In this document: one piece after another, positions 58,482 through 64,000 of the stretch
How positions within the stretch are numbered: the stretch's first letter is position 1
Layout of the letters: each line of letters starts with the position of its first letter
Source of the DNA: an uncultured Hormoscilla sp.
GTDB taxonomy: Bacteria; Cyanobacteriota; Cyanobacteriia; Cyanobacteriales; Desertifilaceae
Reading direction: 5' to 3'
DNA: 64,000 nucleotides
NCBI GenBank assembly: GCA_963921275.4
Contig: OZ001293.3
Span: 4,640,001-4,704,000, forward strand
Made by a program: the position numbers and the translations under genes
The notes under the pieces: model-generated
The model's database searches: none
Told to the model about the DNA's origin: nothing
The model's input: only the letters and a program-made list of their open reading frames with translations

Positions 58482-59493
58482 ACCTAAGTTGCGACCTATT
58501 AAAAAAAATATGAATTACCCACTTAGACTTTACAGATATTTGGAATATTTCGTAGCTTTTGATACAAAATTATATTTTTTTTGTGCTAGACGGCGGGTTG
58601 GCTGTTTATAGGTTATAATGTACTAAAATAATAGTTAATTGCTGGGAGATGTAGATGATGGAAGATATGATTACAACAATTTTTGTTCTTTGTGACGAGC
58701 TACTAAAATCGTTAAATATAAAAGAAGATCCACAAGTAAAAATGAACAATGCCGAAGTGATGACAGTCGGATTAGTTGCTGCATATTTTTTCGGAGGACA
58801 CCACGATCGCTCTTGTCAATTTATGGTCCAACACAAGTATATAAAAAATCTGTTAAGTAAAAGTAGGTTCAATCGTCGATTACACAATATTGAGGAACCA
58901 ATTTGGATGTTTTTCTTCCAAGTTATAGCTCAAACATTTAAAGAGCTCAATCCGGGTCAAGAATATATTCTTGATAGTTTCCCGGTGCCAGTATGTGATA
59001 ATATTAGGATTGATAGATGCCAAATTTATAACAAGGAAGAATATCGAGGGTATATTGCCAGTAAAAAACGTTATTTTTATGGATTAAGAGTTCATATGTT
59101 GGTAAACAAAAATGGAAAGCCAATAGAATTTTATCTAGATCCTGGTAGTTATAATGATTTTAAAGTTTTGCAATCTTTTGGCTTTGACTTACCATCAAAT
59201 TCAATAGTTTATGGAGATAAAGCTTATAATGATTATCAATTAGAGGATTTACTAAAAGAGTCGTCAAGTATAATGTTAAAACCTTTGCGAAAAAAGAACT
59301 CAAAAAGAAAAGAATATTCTTGTTTTGAATATATACAAAAAGTAACAAGAAAACAAGTTGAAACCTGTTTTAGTCGAATCACCAATTTGTTTCCCAAGTC
59401 AATTCATGCTGTTACATCTAAGGGATTAGAGTTGAAAATAATTCTCTTTATCATAGCTTTTTGTATCCAATTTTTATAGGTCGCAACTTGAGT
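58482..59493 (+). mobile_element. IS982-family element, apparently intact
   Basis: IRs ACCTAAGTTGCGACCTAT / ATAGGTCGCAACTTGAGT, 7-bp duplication TAGTATA, uninterrupted 274-aa transposase. Confidence 0.92.
58655..59479 (+). CDS. IS982-family DDE transposase
   Basis: LDSFPVPVC, YFYGLRVH, GDKAY, RKQVET.FS, IHAVT.KG. Confidence 0.92.
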   Translation: MMEDMITTIFVLCDELLKSLNIKEDPQVKMNNAEVMTVGLVAAYFFGGHHDRSCQFMVQHKYIKNLLSKSRFNRRLHNIEEPIWMFFFQVIAQTFKELNPGQEYILDSFPVPVCDNIRIDRCQIYNKEEYRGYIASKKRYFYGLRVHMLVNKNGKPIEFYLDPGSYNDFKVLQSFGFDLPSNSIVYGDKAYNDYQLEDLLKESSSIMLKPLRKKNSKRKEYSCFEYIQKVTRKQVETCFSRITNLFPKSIHAVTSKGLELKIILFIIAFCIQFL

Positions 59494-59562
59494 TAGTATA
59501 TACTTTGAGCAGTCACCACCCAGCTCTGGGCAAGAGGCTAATGGCTAATAGCGTTTGCTATG

Positions 59563-60432
59563 GATGGGGTCGAGCCGGGAATCGCTTCCCGACCCTCCCT
59601 TGAGGAACCGGACTTGCGATTTTCACCGCATCCGGCTACTGGGTACTAGGCCCTTTTCATAGGTAGACTTAATAGGAATTACTTCCGTTAGCCCTTGCCG
59701 CCTGTCTTTTCTTCCCTTTCCTGGTTTAGCGAGTGGTTGTTCTGATAACCGTTAGTATCACCATTTTCAAGTCAGTTTTACCAGTTATCCATACCTTATC
59801 CTCCACTTGCGTTTCGGATTAGTTCCGTGGCTTTTTAGGATTACTCATTCCAGCAGCTTCCTAGTATCACCGACCCACGTCAGCGCTGGCTACCCAGCAT
59901 CATCTACATTACTGTAGATGTTATCCCAGGAATTACCCCGGGCATTCGCTTCTTGGGCCATCCCTCCCCCCGTGGCTTGCGCTTAACATCTAACTTGTCC
60001 TGATGGACAGCACACGAGAGGTTACTTCGTTCCCTAACAACATTTCGCGATACCTTTAGGTCCACACTATACCCCGGGAGCTATTTGAGTACTATATTAG
60101 CCAGAGTCTAAAACTAATACTAGCTACCATTTCCTTTTTAGGCCAGCGCATATAGCCTTATTTCGCTGGTTCCTTATAACGAGGCTTGCACATGTTTGCC
60201 TGCTCTAACCTTGGATATCTTTCCTAGCGGCGTCACCGGCTTAGGCTGCCAGTTATCCTACATTTGAGTCCTCGCTTAGCACCACGATGATGTCGCTTCG
60301 TAGCACCGAGGACCGGTGTCACCCCCGTACCTGGGGGGAGGGGAATTTAACCCCCATGCGGTCAGAGTTCCCGGCTAATGAAACCGGGCTAGCGTTCCGT
60401 GTTTGACCACGTTAGGCTAGAACGAATCGCAC
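59563..60432 (-). ncRNA. ORF-less group II intron, copy 2
   Basis: Reverse complement of 46124-46993, same 870-nt length, no differences noticed; flanks differ. Confidence 0.92.
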
Positions 60433-60501
60433 AGCCTCTATAGGTTTGTGCTTTCTGAGCGTTCCGAGTAGATCTCCCCCTGTATCTATCCTTCCCATAT
60501 T

Positions 60502-61227
60502 ATGCCCCAGGGATTAAAATCCTCGACACTGGAACTGCTGAAGCGCTTTAACCGGGCGTTTCCCCAGTTTTATGAGCAATTTGTCAGCAGCGAGATCCAA
60601 TTGCAAAACCTGAGGCTAGCCTACCAGTTGTACAAAACCCAGCAAGCGGTGATTGAATTGAGGCCCGAAGCTTCTAAAAGTGCCCTGCATTTTGCCTATC
60701 GTAATCAGTCTTTTTTGCTGAGCGATATTTTTGGCGTCCTAGCTGCCTACGGACTGACGATCCACAGTTTGAGTCTGTATGGTCAAATTTATCCGCCAAT
60801 GTTGGTGTTTATTAAACCGGTGGTCTCCCGTGGAGGCAAGGCGCTGACGGATAAGACTTCGGAAAACGTCTGTCGAGCCATCAGGGAAGCGCTGGCGGGC
60901 CACTTTGAGGTTGAAGAAATGCTGGCAGTGGAATTCAATCTGGATGCCGGTCTGGAACAGGTGGAAACGGAATTTTATGTGGATCCGGTCTTCCATCTAC
61001 CGGCGTTGCTGATTGAAGCAGATAACCAGCCTGGTTTGTTCTATAAGGTGATGTATGCCATCTGGCAGGAGGATCTGCTAGTGGTGAATGCCAATTTGCT
61101 AGTCTGGCGAGGGCGCACTCGCCTGATTCTCTACCTCTTAGGGCCTAACGAGAGTTTAATTCCCGAATATTTGGGACAAAAGATTGCCGAGGGGGTACGG
61201 CAGAGGTTGCTGGGCCAGTTGATATAG
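60502..61227 (+). CDS. Conserved cyanobacterial protein with ACT-like domains
   Basis: 241-aa ORF; LLSDIFGVLAAYGLTIH and DNQPGLFYKVMYAI resemble GlnD-type ACT domains. Confidence 0.7.
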   Translation: MPQGLKSSTLELLKRFNRAFPQFYEQFVSSEIQLQNLRLAYQLYKTQQAVIELRPEASKSALHFAYRNQSFLLSDIFGVLAAYGLTIHSLSLYGQIYPPMLVFIKPVVSRGGKALTDKTSENVCRAIREALAGHFEVEEMLAVEFNLDAGLEQVETEFYVDPVFHLPALLIEADNQPGLFYKVMYAIWQEDLLVVNANLLVWRGRTRLILYLLGPNESLIPEYLGQKIAEGVRQRLLGQLI

Positions 61228-61432
61228 GTTGTCAGTGGTGAGTGGTTAGTGTCAGTGGTTAATTGCTCCGTTCGGGCCGATCGCCTGTCAGTGAGTGGGT
61301 GGAGCTGTTTGCACAACTATAGTAATCCAATTGAGTGAAAGAATGGATGTGGGGTATGACCCTCTTTCTAGGAGTGTGAAATCCCTCTGATGGATAAGCA
61401 ATAGAGAGCACTTGCTCAGATAAGATAGAAAT

Positions 61433-62334
61433 ATGGCAACTATCGATATTCTGGGCGTCCCGCACGCCTACGATTTAAAGGCATCTACGTCTGTCCAGAC
61501 GCTAGTATTCATCCACGGCTGGCTGTTGAGCCGAGGATATTGGCAACCTCTGATCGAGAGGTTAGCTCCAGATTACCAATGTCTTTGCTACGATCTGCGC
61601 GGGTTTGGCGATTCCCAGCCAACTAAGAAAGGGAGTCTCAATGGTAAAAGGAAGCCCCGGTCTGGGAAGTTAGATGATGCTGCTGGTGCTGAACTGGCGG
61701 GGTCTTGCTATACACTGGCTGCATACGCGGCTGATTTGGCGGTCTTGCTGAAACAGCTAGGGATAAGTAGTGCTTGGCTGATTGGTCATTCTCTGGGTGG
61801 TAGCATTGCTCTCTGGGGGGCGTCGATATATCCTGAGTGCGTTCGGGGGGTTGTCTGTGTTAACTCTGGTGGCGGGATTTATCTGAAGGAAGAATTTGAG
61901 CGATTTAGAACTGCTGGAGAGCAAATGGTTAAATGGCGACCGAGGTGGATCTGTCAGTTGCCTTTGATTGATTTGCCGTTTACCCGGGCTCAAGTGGCCC
62001 GCCCGAGCGCGCGCTCTTGGGGGCGTCAGCGGTTAATTGATTTTGCGGTGGCTCACCCAGAGGCGGCCCTGGGAACTTTGCTAGATTCGACGAAGATGAG
62101 GTGCATCGCTTACCGGAACTGGTGTCGCGGTTGCAGCAGCCTGTTTATTTTATTGCTGGTGCGGAAGACCCGGTGATGAATACAAAGTATGTGCGGCATT
62201 TGGCTAGTTTTCATAACATGTTTCACCAGGATTCCGAGATGGTGATGGAAATTCCTGATTGCGGACATCTATCGATGTTGGAACATCCCAATCGGGTGGA
62301 GAGTGAAATTCGCAGGATTTTGGCTAATTATTAG
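61433..62334 (+). pseudogene. Alpha/beta hydrolase, frameshifted near 62090
   Basis: FIHGW, DLRGFG, GHSLGG; the catalytic-His segment CGHLSMLEHP is in another frame. Confidence 0.85.
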
Positions 62335-62368
62335 ATAGTGGTGAGTGAAGAGTGGTTAGCGGAAATGT

Positions 62369-63415
62369 TCATGGTATTTTCATATCAATTCGGGAGGCGA
62401 TCGCCCTTGCCAAAGAAGCAAAATCGCTATAGACCTTTTTGACAGCTGAACTATGAGCACCAATAGCCCCATCAGCAGGCTTCAAGTAAAAAATAGGCTT
62501 GCGAGCTTCTTGAGCCATTGGCATCAAACTCTGGTAATTTTTCAGCAAAGCTAAACAATGAGGATCGACAGCTACAGAGATCTTATTATCCCCGGGTTTA
62601 TTCAACACAGCATCTCTGTAAACACCTGGAATCTTGGCAATCCAACGGTTGTACGCCTTGACTGGACGATCGAATCGCGCTGAGTGCTGTAAAACAACAT
62701 AACCGATTGGTTGCATATCTCCTTTCGGCAATTCCAGATCGTCAGCAGGGTTTTGGGTGAGTCGATCTCGCCAGTTTTTTCGCCAGCGTCTTAAGGTAGG
62801 ACCGAGGTTGCGTAAACCTTGCAAAGAGAACAAGTCTGGTGAAAGTGGCACGACAACATCATCTGCTGCAATCAATGCAGCACGATTAATTGCTCCTAAA
62901 TTAGGTCCTAAGTCCATCAAGATGACATCAGCTTTGTGGCGGTCGGCTGTATTTTGCATTATTCTCCAAAAAGCAGAGATGACCCGAAAGGCACGTTCGT
63001 CGCCATCCATGCATTTAGGCCACACTTCTGAAAGTTGATCTTCAAAACCTGAAAGTGATAAATCTCCAACTAAAAGTGCCAGTGATAAATCTTCAACTAA
63101 AAGTGCCAGTTCTACCGGAAATAATGGTAGATAATCTCCAACATATTCTAAGTGGGGGTCGGCGATATCACCAGTAGCTCTGATCAAGGGTTGCACGCAA
63201 CCAAAGATGGTGTTTGGATGATGATTGCCATCAGGCCAGAGTTTTTCCAAGCGATCTTCATTAAGAAAAGCTGCTGTCAGGTTAGCTTGGGGGTCGAGAT
63301 CGGCAGCAACAACCCTCAGTCCTAAATCTTTATACATCCATGCCAAGTGATAAACTAAGGAGGTTTTGCCTACGCCTCCCTTATTATTGAAGAAAGCAAC
63401 GATCGTGGTATTCAT
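62369..63415 (-). CDS. ParA-family ATPase
   Basis: FFNNKGGVGKT, DLDPQANLT, MDLGPNLGAINRAAL; 27-bp internal tandem duplication. Confidence 0.9.
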   Translation of the reverse strand: MNTTIVAFFNNKGGVGKTSLVYHLAWMYKDLGLRVVAADLDPQANLTAAFLNEDRLEKLWPDGNHHPNTIFGCVQPLIRATGDIADPHLEYVGDYLPLFPVELALLVEDLSLALLVGDLSLSGFEDQLSEVWPKCMDGDERAFRVISAFWRIMQNTADRHKADVILMDLGPNLGAINRAALIAADDVVVPLSPDLFSLQGLRNLGPTLRRWRKNWRDRLTQNPADDLELPKGDMQPIGYVVLQHSARFDRPVKAYNRWIAKIPGVYRDAVLNKPGDNKISVAVDPHCLALLKNYQSLMPMAQEARKPIFYLKPADGAIGAHSSAVKKVYSDFASLARAIASRIDMKIP

Positions 63416-64000
63416 AGTTTTTTCTTGATGGTGACTAGGACGTGAGCGTCTTCCACGGTAAATTCTGGGGGCGGGTTGCCGTTTTTCTGCAATTCCCTCC
63501 GGGCCAGCTGGATGCCTACGCCAAATCGCTGCACGTAACCCAAGTTTTTCATCGCTTCAGCGATATTAGAATTTCGATAGTCTGCGATCCCCGGTTGACC
63601 AAAGTTTTGCCGATTTACCTGACCGAAAGGACCGCCGGGATTTTGAATTTCAATGCGGTCATTAAACCACGTAATTCGCACCGGTGCATTTGTACTTTCA
63701 TAAGTACGATGCATGACTGCATTTCTCGCTAGTTGTTGCAGGGCAACGATCGGGTAATCAGGCTGTCGAATTTCAACAGGTTGAGCCGTTATGTCTGAAG
63801 CAACAGAAATATGAGCTTGAAATGTTTCGTCTAACATTCGCAGTAAGTCGGACAGAGGACCGCTGATTTCTTTTTGAGCTTTAATTGGATCGGTTAATTC
63901 CGTTCCGTCAATGCGCAGAAATTGAATATAGGCACCGGGAAGTAATTGTTTGGGGTTATTTCCCACTACCAATATACCCAGTATAGTCGGTTGTTGCGGC
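63412..64000 (-). CDS. RecG-C/HATPase_c_4 domain protein, 5' part outside the window
   Basis: YP..ALQQL.RNAVMHRTY, IEIQNPGG, YRN..IAE.M..LGYVQRFG.GI; its stop overlaps the ParA start. Confidence 0.8.
   Translation of the reverse strand, partial: PQQPTILGILVVGNNPKQLLPGAYIQFLRIDGTELTDPIKAQKEISGPLSDLLRMLDETFQAHISVASDITAQPVEIRQPDYPIVALQQLARNAVMHRTYESTNAPVRITWFNDRIEIQNPGGPFGQVNRQNFGQPGIADYRNSNIAEAMKNLGYVQRFGVGIQLARRELQKNGNPPPEFTVEDAHVLVTIKKKL

Overview
64 kb of a filamentous cyanobacterial chromosome (abundant HIP1 GCGATCGC sites, cpcT, vipp1, tic22, intact fraCDE). Core genes are intact (argD, menB, msrB, cobO, larE, prmC, two tRNAs). Many accessory genes are broken by nonsense codons, frameshifts and deletions that fuse unrelated fragments, which suggests a genome in active erosion, possibly a host-associated lineage (inference). 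Mobile DNA is dense: IS5, IS4, IS982 and DUF6399-type elements, two MITEs with target-site duplications, and several very short dispersed repeats. The most notable unannotated structure is three ORF-less, intergenic group II introns of about 830-870 nt. Two appear identical and sit in opposite orientation; the third is a diverged relative whose EBS1 loop matches its own insertion site. Defence-type content includes a CD-NTase (CBASS-like) fragment missing from the ORF track, an intact ParA + HEPN gene pair, a CARF ring-nuclease-like remnant inside a 178-bp direct repeat, vapBC remnants and a toxin-immunity pair. No CRISPR array or rRNA was seen. All family calls come from motif recognition by eye, without database searches.
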